Part shown: piece after piece, positions 1-14,200 of the stretch
Layout of the letters: every line of letters begins with the position of its first letter
Numbering within the stretch: the stretch's first letter is position 1
Source: Octopus sinensis
Lineage: Eukaryota
Assembly: GCF_006345805.1 (NCBI RefSeq)
Contig: NC_043010.1
Span: forward strand, 27,652,001 to 27,716,000
Direction of reading: 5' to 3'
Length of the DNA stretch: 64,000 bases
Notes under the pieces: generated by a model
Told to the model about the DNA's origin: nothing
Databases searched by the model: none
The model's input: the letters and a program-made list of their open reading frames with translations, nothing else
Made by a program: the position numbers and the translations under genes

Positions 1-387
1 GTGTGTGTGAGTATGTCTGTCTGTGTATGTATCTTACATACGTGTGTGTGCGAGTAGGTTAGGGTTCCGGGCACAATCAAAAGTTACTGGTTGGCTCAGG
101 GCTTGCAGCAGAAGACTTTCTTGTCAGGTGCCAGGCAGTGGAACTGAACCCGGTGCCATACTGTTGCTAAGTAACCATCTTAACTGCCATGCACATATTC
201 CGTTATTTCATTCTGTACAAACGGCTTTTCATCCAGTTCCAGCATTAGACATAAGCAACGCCATATAATTCCGCCATTAATTCGTATCGAGGCCGACGCT
301 TAATCATAATGATTGGTTCGGAGATCTGCTTTTCGGAAATTACAATCAGTCGATTTACGGAGAGCGAAACAACGGCTCTGGCGGCCA

Positions 388-778
388 ATACATGCATGCA
401 TGCATACATACATACATACATACACACATACATATGCGCACACATACATATGTGAACACATATGAAAATGCATATATATAAATAGAAGTGTGTGTGTGTG
501 TGTGTGTGTGTGTTTGTGTGCGTATGTAGGCATGTGTGTATGTATGTATACATATCTGTACGTACATACGTGCGTATACACACGTATATAGAGAGATATG
601 TTTATACTTATTAGCATGCATGTATCATCTATCTGTGTGTGTATGGGTTTGTGTGGTGTGTCAGTGTGTATGTGTGTGCATTCGTATATATTTGTATGAA
701 TGTATATGCAAATATAAATATATGTACACATAGATATAGATATGTGTGTATGTGTATACATATACAAAACACACGTAC

Positions 779-821
<43 letters not shown>

Positions 822-1780
822 TACACATTCATACATACATACATATACACCACACACATGCATACGTACATATACACATACATATGAACATAGTACATAA
901 GTGCATACATATATGTATGCATATATACACACACACATACATACAAATACACATACATACATATACATACATACACATACATATACAGACACATATACAT
1001 GCATACATACATACATACATACACATATATTCATACATACATACATATATACATATACATACATACATAAACACACGTACATACAAACATACATACATAC
1101 ATACATACATACATACATGCACGCATACATACATACATACATACATACATACATACATACATACATACATACATACATACATACATACATACATACATAC
1201 ACACACACATACATACTCAACGACACATCCAAACACAACAACAAACGAAAACAACAGCAAAAACAAAATAAAATTAGTACTCCAACAGAAACAAACAAAC
1301 AAAAAACAAATAAACAGACAGACAAAAACAAACAATACATAAGACAACAACACAAATAAAAAGTAAATAATCGATTTTCTGTCCTGTTGAAATGGGAAAA
1401 GATTTCCAGAGCGAATTCCAAGAGGCTGAAGGAGTTCTTTTTACCTGAACCGATGAGAAATCAATGCCAGGAATGTCATCGAATCTTCCATTCCTGGTGA
1501 TTGTGTTGACTTTTTAAGTATTGATCTGATATAAATTTCTCTGAAACTATCAACCATTCAATCAAAGCATAATCACGAGGTTTTACATTCATTGTGGAGA
1601 TAAGTGATAGGTAGAAACAGGCAGACATTTATAGATGCATACCTACATACCTACATACCTACCTGCCTACGTACCTACCTACCTACATACATATATACAT
1701 ACATTCATACATACATACATGCATCCATACATACATGCATACATACATACATGTATGTATATATACATATATGTATATAC

Positions 1781-1844
<64 letters not shown>

Positions 1845-2248
1845 ATTTCTATACATACACCATGCGCATTACGCATGTATATGTTTATATATTTGTTATT
1901 ATATTTTATTTATCTATCGCTCTCTCTCTCTCTCTCCCCTCTCTCTCTCTCCTATATATATATATATGTGGTGTGTGTGTGTGTGGTGTGTGTGTGTATC
2001 TGTGTATGCGTGAGTATGTATGTATATTATATATATATATATATATTAATATACATGTTATATATATATTATATATATTTTATATATGTATATATATTAT
2101 ATATATATTACATATATATTACATATGCATATATATAGATATATATGTATGTACATGTATCATATATTATATATATATGTATATATACATACATACATAC
2201 GTACATATACATATATATATATACATATATATACATATCCATACATGC

Positions 2249-2289
<41 letters not shown>

Positions 2290-2400
2290 TAGAGAGATAG
2301 ATAGATAGATGAGGATAGATAGATAGATGATAGATAGATTAGATAGATAGATATAGATAGATATGTATGTACTATGTACGTTATGTATGTGTATATATAT
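388..2400. repeat. Compound microsatellite field (TACA)n/(TA)n/(CA)n/(GATA)n
   Basis: Direct reading. Similar fields at ~5700-6240, 12980-13400, 15370-15690, 17140-17230, 17500-18140. Confidence 0.95.
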
Positions 2401-2402
2401 AT

Positions 2403-2730
2403 ACTCTCTTTTACTTGTTTCGTCATTTGACTGCGGCCATGCTGGAGCACCGCCTTTAGTCGAGCAAATCGACCCCGGGACTTATTCTTTGTAAGCCCAG
2501 TACTTATTCTATCGGTCTCTTTTGCCGAACCGCTAAGCGACGGGGACGTAAACACATCGGTTGTCAAGCAATGCTAGGGGACAAACACAGACACACACAA
2601 ACCACACACATAGGCATTGGTCGTCCGGGGCTCTAGGCAGAAGACACTTGCCCAAGATGCCACGCAGTGGGCTGAACCCGGAACCATGAGGTTGGTTAGC
2701 AAGCTACTTACCACACCAGCCACTCCTGCG

Positions 2731-2733
<3 letters not shown>
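2403..2733 (-). mobile_element. tRNA-derived SINE family A (CORE-like ccttgggcaagtgtctt)
   Basis: A box tggctgtgtgg and B box ggttcagtccc. Further copies at ~16764-17148(-), 22115-22490(+), 31071-31440(+), 43596-43990(-), 48990-49358(-), 55850-56140(-), 58455-58660(-), 59703-60055(+), 60447-60650(+). Confidence 0.85.
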
Positions 2734-2796
<63 letters not shown>

Positions 2797-2818
2797 GTGG
2801 TGTGTGTGTGTGTGTGTG

Positions 2819-2897
<79 letters not shown>

Positions 2898-3249
2898 TAC
2901 ATTATTTATTATTATATGATGGGACGCCACGCATCCATTTCCACGTAAGTTTATCTTAATAATTTCAATACGATTCTGCCCTACACTGTTTTCTTTCTCT
3001 CTGTTCTGTTTTGTTTTTTCTCTCCCTTTCTCTAATTCTTTTTTTCTCACCTTCTCCCCTTCACTGTTTTTTGTCTGTCCCTTTCTCTCTCACTCTTCCT
3101 CCTTTATTCTCTCATTGCTCACACGTGACCATCGGTCATCTTTCTTTTTCTCATTTGATCATCTTTCTTTTCTTTCGATCTGCCACACAGACCAGACGAA
3201 TTCTTGTCTGTCTCCTCTTCTATCTTTGCTCCTGTCAAAGAATTTTCCT

Positions 3250-3558
3250 CAATAATAATAAAGGATAAAATTAATTAATTAATTAGTAATTAATAATTCT
3301 ACCAAGTAGTGTTCAGCATGTTAAAAGGACCATTTACGGTAAACTTAAACATTACTTTATATAATTATGAATATAATTATAATTAGGGTTCAGACAAAAC
3401 ATTTGCCTTACCACTTACCGAACTTTTATAATTATATTCATAATTATATAAAGTAATGTTTAAGTTTACCATGAATGGTCCTTTTATCATGGTGAACACT
3501 ATTTGGTAGAATTATTAATTACTAATTAATTAATTAATTTTACCATTTATTATTATTG
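3250..3558. mobile_element. AT-rich foldback MITE (~135-bp arms, short spacer)
   Basis: caataataataaaggataaaatt... versus ...aattttaccatttattattattg; arms near-perfectly complementary. Confidence 0.85.
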
Positions 3559-3648
3559 ATATATAGTCTATTGACTATTTTATCTATACGCTAGGCCACT
3601 GGTAATAAAAATTTCTAAAATCTTTATTACCCCCTGAATATATATAAG

Positions 3649-3683
<35 letters not shown>

Positions 3684-3817
3684 TATACATACATACATAC
3701 ATAACATACATACATACATACATACATACATACATACATACATACATTATTTCATTATTATATGATTGAACGCCACGCATCCATTTCCAAGTATATATAT
3801 ATATATATATATATATA

Positions 3818-5696
3818 ACGGGAAGCTTTATGAAAATAAACAAAAGACAAGGCAGGTGGAATACAAACAAACGATTGTATTAGTATGGCGCTCAGGAATA
3901 TAAATAAAACAAGTCTTTTACGTTTCGAGCCTACGCTCTTCAACAGAATGATACTCAGAAAAGAAACACGGAGAGAAACAAGGAGAGAGAAAAAATGCGT
4001 GCAGAAGCTAGCGAATCAACATGGCGATCTGATTCCGGCCAGAAGTCAAAGATCAAATGTGAGACGCAAGAGCGAAAATAGGGGAGATAACAGAGTCAAA
4101 TGACCACGCCCCAACATAAGGGTGTGTGTGTGTGTATGAGAGAGTATGTAGTGCGTATGAGAGGTCTGGACGTGTGTATGTATGTATGATTTGATGTGTA
4201 ATGTTGTATGGTGTAGTGTAGAGAGAGGAGAGGAGAGATGAGTGGGGGGAAGAGAGGAGGGGGAGAGGGGGAGATAGGAAGGAAGGAAGGAAGGAAGGAG
4301 GAAGAGAGGAGGAGGGGGAAGGGAAGGAGAGGGGAAGAGGAGGGGAAAGAGGGAAAAGGAAAGAGGAGAAGAGAAGGGAGGATAGAGAGGGGGGAGAGAA
4401 GTGGAGTGAGGGAGCAGAGAGAAAGAGGGAAGGAGAAGAGGGAAGAAGAAAGAGGGAAGAAGGGAAGAGGAGGAAAGAGAGTAGGGGTGAAAGGATGAAG
4501 GACTGAAGAGAAGTGGGTCGGGGGAGGTTAGATGAGGAGGGGAGAGGGGTTAGATGAGGAGGGGGGAGAGTTGAGACCAAATGGCGTAAAAGAGCGAGAG
4601 AGAAGATTAATTCCTGTTCACACGCGCAAACGGGAATCCGGATGGCCTCTGTGCAAGGACAAACCGAACACAGACAGGTGTTGCAAGGAGTGACCGGTGG
4701 AGCGGAAATGGCGTGAGACCGGTGGTGTCGTTGGCAAGGCGGATGTCACGGAGGTGTTCCGCGAACCGGTCAGCCAAGCGGCGTCCGTTTGTCCGATGTA
4801 CAGGAAATGGCAGAGAGAGCAAGAGATGTAATAGATGATATTGCTGGAGTGCAGGTGAAGGAGTTGATGATGCGATAGGGTCGATGATGGGTGCCAGTGA
4901 GGAGGGTGGTGGTGGGAGAGGTAAGGGCAAGTGCGGCAACGTGGCGGGAGCAGGGGAACGAGCCAGGTTGGGAGGTAGGTCAGGGAAGGAGCTGTGGACC
5001 AAAATGTCTCGTAGGTTATGGGCTCGTTTGAAGAAGGGGAGGGGTCGGTTAGGGAAGAGGTGTGAAGTGGACGGGTCGGACTGGAGATGCCGGAAAGCTC
5101 GAAGAATGGTGCGTTGGAGAGGTAGGGTCGTGGGTGTGGTAAGTGAGTGGAGGGGAAAAGGGAGGCGAGAGACTACAGGGCGGGTTCGGGGGAGAGAGCA
5201 AATGCACGGTCTGTGGAACGTGCTCTGGCAAGGGCGGTGTGGATGTGGTGAGGGGGAGGGGGGTATCCACGCAGGATGAAGTGGTGAGCCATGCGTTGAG
5301 ACTGAGTCTCAAAGTCATGGTCGTCACTACAGAGCCTACGTAGACGGAGGAATTGGGAATAGGGGATGGAAAGCTTGGCGTGTTTTGGGTGGGAGGAAGA
5401 GGAGTTTAGGTATGAGTGTGAGTCTGTGTGTTTGTAGTGAATGGAGGTGGTAAGAGTGGAGTGATGAATGCTAACCGAAATGTCAAGGAAAGAGACAGAG
5501 GTGTTGGAGATAGTGGAGGTGAAGTGGAGGGCTGGATGGAAGGATTTTGGAGGAGCCGGGAGGAAAGGAGAAAGAGTTGAAAAGCCGGAGAGCATGGTTG
5601 GTATCGTGGATGTGGGAGGGAAGAGACGCCACTAGGGGGGCAAGGACACGGTCGAGGTATTTAGAGATGAGTTCCGTGGGGCAGTATGCATCTACG
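3818..5696 (-). mobile_element. Penelope-like element family 1 (RT + GIY-YIG), degenerate, internally deleted
   Basis: Minus-strand frames: CPTELISKYLDRVLAPLVASLPSHIHDTNHAL; FHPALHFT...FLDI...YLNSSSSHPKHAKLSIPYSQFLRLRRLCS; GRRLADRFAEHLRDIR. Terminal repeat at ~3818-4110. Confidence 0.88.
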
Positions 5697-6332
5697 TATG
5701 TATGTATATATATCTACATGCATATAGACATACATACATACTACATACATACATACATACATACATACATACATGTATAAGTATGGAAGCCTTTATTTGT
5801 TTGTGATATGTAGGAAGTGAGGCGTAAATGAATATTAGTGTGTGGGTGGTGGGGAGGAGAGTTCTTGGCATTTCTTGTTTTGTTATTTTGTCTTTGCTGT
5901 TTGTTGTTTTTTTGTTATCGCATTCATGTTGTTGTGTGTGCGATATGAAGGCTGTCTATGTGTATATATATATATGTCTGTAGAAAGTAATATACGATAT
6001 ACATAACATATATCTACATGAATTTCATATATATAATATATATACGTATATGCATATATATATGTATATGCATACATATATATACACACACACATACACA
6101 CCTCTATATATGTATGTATGTGTGAATGTATATGTATGTATGTATGTATGCATGCATGCATGCATGTATGTATGTATGTATGTATGTATGTATGTATGTA
6201 TGCAAGAATGTATGTATGTCTGTAAGTATATATATTATATATGTATAAACTTAGATATGTTTCGACCAAAGATTGGTCCAGGCCATGTCTAACTTAATAG
6301 CACCACCTGATGTAATGGACGTAAGTGGATAA

Positions 6333-6388
<56 letters not shown>

Positions 6389-6397
6389 ATAAACAGG

Positions 6398-6429
<32 letters not shown>

Positions 6430-6789
6430 TATGTTTCTTTATTAGCCACACAGGGCTGCACACAGACAGAACAAATTACAAGGTAGAGCTTTTCTTTTGG
6501 GGGTAAAAAAAGGGGGTTTGGTTTTCGATCAAAAGGGGTCGTAAAGGGAAAGAAAGAGGACAAAAAAGGGGGGAATAAAATTTTTTTTTTAAAGGGGGGG
6601 GAGGGAAAGGAAAAAAATTGATCAATAGGGATCGTTATCACATAAATGTCAATATGAAATGTAAGGTAAAGGGGGACAGGTGAGGTTTACCCGTGGAAAG
6701 AAAAGACCACGGTACCTCGGTCAATGAAGTCACATGTTATATTCTTTTTTTTTTTTTGCAAATAAGCAACTCTGTATTAATTTTTACGG

Positions 6790-9700
6790 TTCATAGAATC
6801 ATAGTCAAGTGGCTCGTCATTCATACGTGCCATCCTTGCTACATTCACTCACCATCTTTTTTAAAAACATTCACTAGACAAAACTTGCCTCTCTACTCTC
6901 ACTTTTCCTCTTGAAGAAGTTGATGAGAGATTGACCCCAGAGGAAGTGTTTGTCTCTAATCCTTTCAGGCGCGTCCACCAGATACATTCTTTCGCCATAG
7001 CCACAAGTATGATAAAATAGCTCTTCCTTCCCGTTGAAGAAGGAGGCGCGACGATATTAACGATAGACTCGACTGATAAACCGACACGTCCCACACGTGA
7101 CAGCAGTCGTTCGACATAAGCCCACAGGTCGGAAATTGCTGGACACTGCACGATTGCGTGCAGAGCGGTTTCGTCGCTCTGCCCGCATCTCGGGCAGGTC
7201 GGCCCCGTGTTTCTCGAGCCATGCCTATAGAGCTTATCCCGAACGGGTAGCGCTTCTCGGTAGCACCGCCAGGCCAGGGATCTCTGGAAGTTGTCCATAG
7301 GTCCCGGCCCGAAAGTCGTTTCAAACAGGCGGGTCAGGTATTCCTCGTCGACGCCCAGGTTTGCCCCAAGATCGTCGTCGTACCTCCCCTCCACTAATCC
7401 CCTATAGAATACTTTGGTTGTGTTGAAGTCACTCAAGGTCGACCCAGGACGGCAGAGTTGCTTGAGAGCAACGCGACACTCGCGGTGCCATTCGCCCTTC
7501 CTCGGCCTCTTTTTGATCCACGACTGCAGTTCGGTCATGGAGACGAGCTGCGGGAACGCGTGCCTCACAAACGGCGACCACACCTGTTCACCGTCGTCTA
7601 CATAGAGCCGGAGATGTCGCAGTCTCAGTGCATGTCTGCGCATCATCAACCACGGCATGCCCAGCCCTTCTTTTAACGGGTGTTGACGGCAAATGGATCG
7701 CCTGACCATCGGGACGCATCCTTTCCACAAGAAGCGGAAGAGAATGCGTTCTAGTTTGGTGATGGTAGGGTCGGGACAAGGTACGACGGTCAGGCGGTAG
7801 TAGATGATGGACGCGATGTACGTGTTCGCCACCTCCGCCCGACCTTTTAGGGACAGTTTCCTCTCGGCCCATTGCCGGGCGAGAGTGACCACCCTACTCG
7901 TTATCTCGTCCCAGTTCTTCTCCATTTGGAGGTCCGGACCGAACCAGACCCCGAGCAACTCAACCGGGCCGTCCGTCCAGCGTCCCACGACGGAGGTACT
8001 GGTGGACGGCATGGGCTTACGTCTCCAGGTGCCGAGCCGCAAGCCCACTGACTTTTACCGGTTGATTTTTGCTCCTGTCACCGCTTCGTAGTCTTTCAGT
8101 GTCTCGCCGATCAGCTCGATGTGCTCCTGGCTTGACACTATGGCGGTGACGTCGTCCGCGTATGCAGACACGCTCGTCCCGCATCCCAATTCTCGCGGGA
8201 TGCCCCTCAGAGTCGCCAGCTTCCGCAGTAGTGGCTCAAGAGTCAATACGTATAGAAGCGAAAGAGGGGGCATCCCTGACGGACCGAACGTGCAATGTCG
8301 TAAGGTCTCGATAGATGTCCATTTACGCGAATTACCGAACGGATGCCTCTGTACAAGGCAGCTATCCAGCCGCGGAAGACGGGACCGAAACCAGCCGCTC
8401 TCAGGACTGCCTCCAAGTATCGATGGTCTACCCTATCGAAGGCTTTCGATTGATCCAAGTTGATCAGGGCCCCACCCATGCCAGGTTCCTTAACTACTCT
8501 GTCTATGATGTAGCGCATCAGATTGAGGTTGTCATGGATGCTCCGGCCCGGCATGGCGCACGTTTGTGCGTTGTCGACCAGTTTCTCGATGACAAGCGCC
8601 AACCTCTTGGCTAACACCTTTGTCAAAATTTTTAGGTCTGCATTGAGCAGAGTGATTGGTCTAAAGTTATCTATAATGTTCCCCTTGTTTGGATCTTTCT
8701 TCAGCAGCGTTACGGCTCCTCGACTCACAAAACCGGGTATGCTTCCGTTTTGCTGCCAGTTGCAGTATACCACTGCCAAGACGTCTCCAAACAAGTCTGG
8801 CATACAATTGTAAAACTCGTAGGGCAGACCATCCAAACCCTGCGATTTGTCCCTCGAGCGTTCTGCCATCGCGTCCCGCACATCCGCCGCCGTGATGGCA
8901 CCTTCGCAGCACTCTGCCTCTCTTGCCGAGAGTCGTGGTAGGCTGTGCAGGTAAGCACTGAAGTCCGCCCTACGTTCACGCTCGCCACTCGTCCCGTACA
9001 GTCGGGCAAACTGCCGCTGAAATGTCTCGCACATCTTGCTGGGCTCGAGCAATTCGCGCCTTTGTTCATCTACCAGAGACCGAATGGTGGCTTTGTTGCC
9101 CTGCTGCGCCTCCGCCATCCGGGCCTCCCTCGCGGCTCCAACACCTTCCATCCTTAGAGCACGCATCCTAGGCCTGACAGCACACCCTTCGTGTTTGGCG
9201 TTGAAGTGTTGGTCAAGGGCCAACCTCGCCGCTAAAACGTCGGATGTGATGCCGCTTCTTATTGCCTCTTCTAACTTCTTAACTAACTCACCCTCCACTC
9301 TATTTCTATCTACGGCTAGTGCCTTGCTATATCTAATTGCTTCCGCTTTTACTGCTTTCTTGAGGGCGAACCACCATTTGTTGTTGACAATGGCTCCCGT
9401 TAAAGCCCTTTTTACTAACGTGTTGATTCTGTCTCTGAAAACCTGTCTGGATGGGAAAGATGCGTTCAGTTTCCAGTAACCAGGACCCTGTCTATGTGCC
9501 TTATCTAAGTCTAGCGTACACGTCACGAATTTGTGATCCGTGTAGCTGACTGTGTGGAATTGTGGACATCCTAAGTTATCCCTGTCTACTGTCCTACACA
9601 GTATCCTATCTAGATACAATCTCGACGACCCACTGCGGTTGCTCCATGTCCACGTTGGTGCATTTTGGTGGTCGAGTCGGTACTTGTCAGACAGTTGGAA

Positions 9701-10213
9701 TCGTCTGAGCAGGTCCCTGAGGCATTTGCATCCCCTTCTGTTTTTGTCTCTCCCCACATAGTCTAGATGCGTGTCCAAGGTAGCATTCCAATCCCCCACT
9801 AAAAGTAAAGGACGAGATGTTCCCAGGAATAATTCTAGACGTCGAAAGAAATCCGGCCGACCTGTTAAAGGGGGTGCGTAGACTGATACGAGTCGAAAAG
9901 CGCACCCATTGCTGCCGTCGACATCCAGAACGACCAGTCTACCCACCGGGTCTACGAATATCGTCTTGACTTCGAGATCCAGGCTCTTGTGAAAAAGTAC
10001 CGCGGTGCCACTACCGCCCATCCTCGGCAGACAGAGAGCAAAATAAATGTTAAACTGTCCGCCAAACATGGACTTTAGGGCCCGTGGCTCGTGGAGTCTG
10101 GTCTCACTTATGGCTATGATTCCCAAATCGTGTGACTTGATGTCATTTAGGAGGTATCCTTGTTTCCAAGGAGACCCCAAGCCACGCGCATTCACACAAC
10201 CAATCTTGACCAT
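6790..10213 (-). pseudogene. Tx1-like ORF2 (APE + RT + CCHC), frameshifted
   Basis: Split across ORFs 8243-10213, 8055-8273 and 6861-8048; frameshifts near 8270, 8050 and ~6860. Confidence 0.9.
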
Positions 10214-10263
10214 GATTCTATTGGGGTGTGTGCTTTAAAACACAAAAAGGAAGGTAGAGAGAG

Positions 10264-12050
10264 TTACTTACTTGTGTCGAAAGTTTTGGCTTCCTCATCC
10301 TTTGATGTGTCTTGGAGGAGGTTTTTATAGAGTTTTTGTGACAGGTATTTTTGGAACCCCCCAACCGCATTTGGAAAGAGGGATTTGAGTGTGTGGTGTT
10401 GTGTTTGTGTGATGTGTAGTATTTTGATGTGTTTTGGTGGTGTGGTGCGTGGATGGTTGTTAGTTTTGAAGTCATCTTCACAGATGTTTGTGTGGGCTGT
10501 GATGTACTCCATTAGTTTGGAGTCTTTGGTGTCTATCGCTGATAGCATTGTGTGTGTTTTTGTGGTGTTGGTGCTTGTTTGGTTGTGTGTGGAGCTTTCA
10601 GGGTTCAGGTATCTCCCTGCTTTGGTTGCGCTTTCTGGTTTGTTTGTTTTTTCTTTTTCTTTTACCCCCGGTGGCTATTTGCCATTCTGTCGAACTTTCG
10701 TCGTCCGACAAATCAGAAGGGGGTAAAGGCAAAGCATTTGCGTTAATATGTATGTTTGTAGAAATTGTTGATGTTTTGCGCGGTGTTTGTGTTGTTGGGG
10801 TGTTAGGGGTAGAATTTGTCTTCTCGTCACTGTTTTCTGGGGGTTTTTTGTTGTCGTCCTTGGTGCTGGTGTTGGTCTACCTTTTGATGTTGTTTCAGTA
10901 TGTTGAATTGGTTGCGACGTCAACGGTGATTGTGTTGGTGCTGTTTCTTTTCTTGGTGATGTTGTTGGGGTTTGTTTGCTGGTTTGTTGTTTTTCTTGGC
11001 ATTGTTCCATCATTGAGTGTGGTGTTGGTGTTGGTGTTGGTGTTGGCAACAAAGGTTTTTTGTTTGTTTTCTGATTTGTTCTTTCTTGTTTTCTCTCTGC
11101 CAGAATGCACTTGGCGATTAAATGTTCTGGGCTGCCACAGTTGTAGCATCTAGGCTTTTTGCCTTCTGCTACAACATATAGGCTTTGCCCATTTTCTAAG
11201 TGGATCCTATCAGGTAGGGTCTCGATAGAGGCCCCCTCAATCTAGATGGTCACTACTATTGTTTTTCCACCCCAATTGTCGTTTAGGTATACGGCAGTCT
11301 CTAAAATATTTATAGTTTTCAAATGGTAACAGATTGCCCCTGTTATCCATTTGTTAGGAATCTCGGGGGTACATTTTTAATAGTAATTCTACTCACTCTC
11401 TGGCCTTTGTAGTATGGTACCATGATGATTTCATCATTTTCCAAAGACTCGGTAGAGTGAGCTTTTGCCACTTCCTGGTTAGGGAAGCGGACCACCACTG
11501 TATTAAACTGGGGACCCCAGTTTATATATTCTTTTACTTTCATTATGCTTTTTGCACACTTTTCAATGTCCGTTTTTGTGATCTGTTCATTTTGTTTTTT
11601 GGTTTTTTTTTAAATTTTATATATAATTGTTTGGTTTTCTATTTGTTCCTTTATGTGTTGAGGTGTATGCAATACTAAATCTTGCCCTTGGGTTGTGAAG
11701 AGTGATCTTGTCTCTATCAACTCTTCATTCGTGAACTGTATAATTTCTTTTTTCTGATGCAGAGTGTCAGCGAAATTTACTTTTATATTCTGGCAGTTGT
11801 TGTCTTTGTGTGTTTGTGTTGTTGTATCCGAAATATTCTTGGGCGTGGCTTTTCCAGGTATTGTTGAATCTGTTATGATAATATATTCACCATTTGATGG
11901 TAAAATATTTATTTCATTTTTGTTGTTGTTGTTGTTGTTGTTGTTGTCTTTGTTAATTGTATTTGCGTTATTTTCATTTTTATCATTTATGTTGGTGGTG
12001 GTGGTGGTGGTGGTGGTGGTGGTGGTGAAAGTGGTGGTGGTGGAGGTGGT
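10264..12050 (-). pseudogene. Tx1-like ORF1 (gag-like, CCHC), frameshifted
   Basis: Fragments VRFPNQEVAK...ITIKNVPP and LYVVAEGKKPRCYNCGSPEHLIAKC, plus Thr/Asn-rich low-complexity ends. Confidence 0.75.
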
Positions 12051-12063
12051 GATTGTGGGTAGG

Positions 12064-12131
<68 letters not shown>

Positions 12132-12160
12132 TATATAGACAGACAGACATATAGATAGAT

Positions 12161-12705
12161 AACTTTTTATTGTGGCCACACAGGGCTAAACACAGAATAA
12201 AAATGGACGAAATACAATGGGTGGGACACAAAGAAAAAAAAACGTTCGATCAATAGGGATCTGTGGGTTGTGTGGTGTATAAAAATATAATATATATATA
12301 TAAATAAAGTTCACAGTTAAGGTGTAGCCCTGGAAAGAAAAACCTACAAAAAAGACCAAGGTCACCTCAGACAGTTCGAAAATGAACATATGAGTAAGTC
12401 ACCTTAGCTCTCGTTGTGTCTTTTGGTTACAGATTTACGCTTAAAATAGTGCCGTCTTTCATACTGACCATTTTTGCCACTTTTACCCACTTTTCATTAA
12501 AACATTCGTTCGACAAAGCCTTCCTCTCTATTCTCATCCTCCTTTTCAAGTGGTACTTGAAAAAGTTGACGAGAGACTGACCAGAGAGGAAGGTGTTTGT
12601 TTGCAGTCCTTTCAAACGCGTCCACCACACACATTCTTTCGCCATAGCCGTTTTCCCTTCCCGTTTAAAGGAAGGTGGTGGAACAATATTCACGATAGAC
12701 TCGGC

Positions 12706-12707
<2 letters not shown>
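12161..12707 (-). mobile_element. 5'-truncated second Tx1-like copy (related subfamily)
   Basis: Encodes SAESIVNIV...MAKECVWWTRLKGL, homologous to the end of ORF2 in copy 1; same 3' tail motif; (GATA)n on both sides. Confidence 0.88.
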
Positions 12708-12835
<128 letters not shown>

Positions 12836-13027
12836 GGGAAAAGGCATATAAGAACGCTATCCAAGCTGAATTCCTGAATTCCTCTGGAGGTCATTGCAAA
12901 CCAATTAAGACATCCATAAACTGAACTCTACGATGAGGGACAACAGAAGAAAATCGAATCAACAGAACAAACATATCTATTATATTATATATGTATTTCA
13001 TTATATAATATATGTACCATATAACTT

Positions 13028-13085
<58 letters not shown>

Positions 13086-13172
13086 TATATATATATATTT
13101 ATGTATATAATTGTGTATGTGTCATATATCTACTACATATATATATGTGTGTGTGTGTTGTGTGTGTGTGTG

Positions 13173-13203
<31 letters not shown>

Positions 13204-13208
<5 letters not shown>

Positions 13209-13255
13209 TCTTTATTAGCCACACAGGGCTGCACACAGACAGGACAAATTACATA
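13204..13255 (-). mobile_element. Tiny Tx1-like 3'-tail fragment
   Basis: atgtttctttattagccacacagggctgcacacagacaggacaaattaca is nearly identical to 6431-6480; it sits within (TA)n. Confidence 0.75.
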
Positions 13256-13899
13256 TATATATATTATCTGTATTATATGATCATAAATATTTACTATATT
13301 AAATATGTAGTATCATTTATATATATATGTGTGTGTGTAGGTATGTATCATATTATATGTATTTTACTATTATATATGTATTATATGATAATATATGTAT
13401 TGTATTGTGTTATATATGTCCCTGAGTACAATCAGTAATTCACAAAGGAAAATATATCATCGACAACAAGGAGAGGAAAAAATTCTTCCGAGGCGAAGAA
13501 CAAAGACTCTAAGTCGATGTAAGAGGGGAAAAAAGGTAAACCACTGTGACAGAGAGAGCGGGAGAGATGCTGGAGAGAGAGCAGAGGGGAAAAGGGAGAG
13601 GTTATAAAGGCGGAAGACTAAATACGTATTATTAGGGAGATCGCTTTTTAATGGCAAGAAAATCTAATGGTCGCAGGAAATTGTTCGATGGCAATCAGTG
13701 AAACTAGGGTTTCGGAAAATTAAAAAATAAAGAAAACCACCATCGTATTTCGTAGCAATTTGTTAAAGAAACAGCTTCAGTTTATAATGAAATAGGGTCA
13801 GTTTTTGCTCTCGTTGTTGTTTGTTGTCTTTATTTTATTTATCCTTTACTTGTTTCAGTCATTGGACTGCGGCCATGCTGGGGCACCATCTTGAAGAGT

Positions 13900-14200
13900 T
13901 ATTATAATGGTGGTAGTCTTTCACAGTCTGCGAAAGACGGTTCTGCATTTTCTCGCCGAACAACCTGCACAAATGATTTTGTTTACAATAATCAAACGTA
14001 TGTGTTGTACATTAGCTCAATCTCTCCATCAAATCGACTTTACCTGAACAGGTGCACGGTGCGCCACGTGTAAGATGTCGAAGTGATCGCAGAGCAACGT
14101 GAGATGAAGTGTTTTGCTCAAGAACACAATGCCTCACTCAGTCCAAGAATTGAAACCACACTCTCGCGACCGGGAGTGTGCGCTCTAACTATCCGCCAGA
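13900..14200 (-). mobile_element. CORE-type SINE (additional family)
   Basis: Reverse complement reads tRNA-like head, then ttgtgttcttgagcaaaacacttcatctcacgttgct. Confidence 0.6.

Larger units (their letters stand above)
6431..12060 (-). mobile_element. Tx1/L1-clade non-LTR retrotransposon, near full length, inactivated
   Basis: ORF1 remnant with CCHC knuckle (CYNCGSPEHLIAKC, 11107-11148). ORF2 has an APE endonuclease (VNARGL, SETR, GDWN, YLDRIL, YTDH), RT (FRPITLLN, LDQSKAFDRV, QG.P, AYADD) and a C-terminal CPRC..H..C. The 3' UTR ends in aataaagaaac plus a (TGTC/TATC)n tail. Confidence 0.92.

Noticed and set aside
1385-1500. CQECHRIFHS resembling a C2H2 zinc finger start
   Set aside because: A stop codon follows before the His pair; there are no linkers or neighbouring fingers.
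300-2292. Long ORFs of 130-370 aa (YVCM, HTYI, IYIY repeats)
   Set aside because: They are translations of (TACA)n/(TA)n/(CA)n microsatellites. The same applies to similar ORFs at ~5880-6290, 15250-15875, 17000-18240 and elsewhere.
4120-4600. Purine-rich ORFs (GR/EE-rich) and possible G-quadruplex element
   Set aside because: This is low-complexity (GA)-rich sequence lying within the Penelope 3' region; there is no independent evidence of function.
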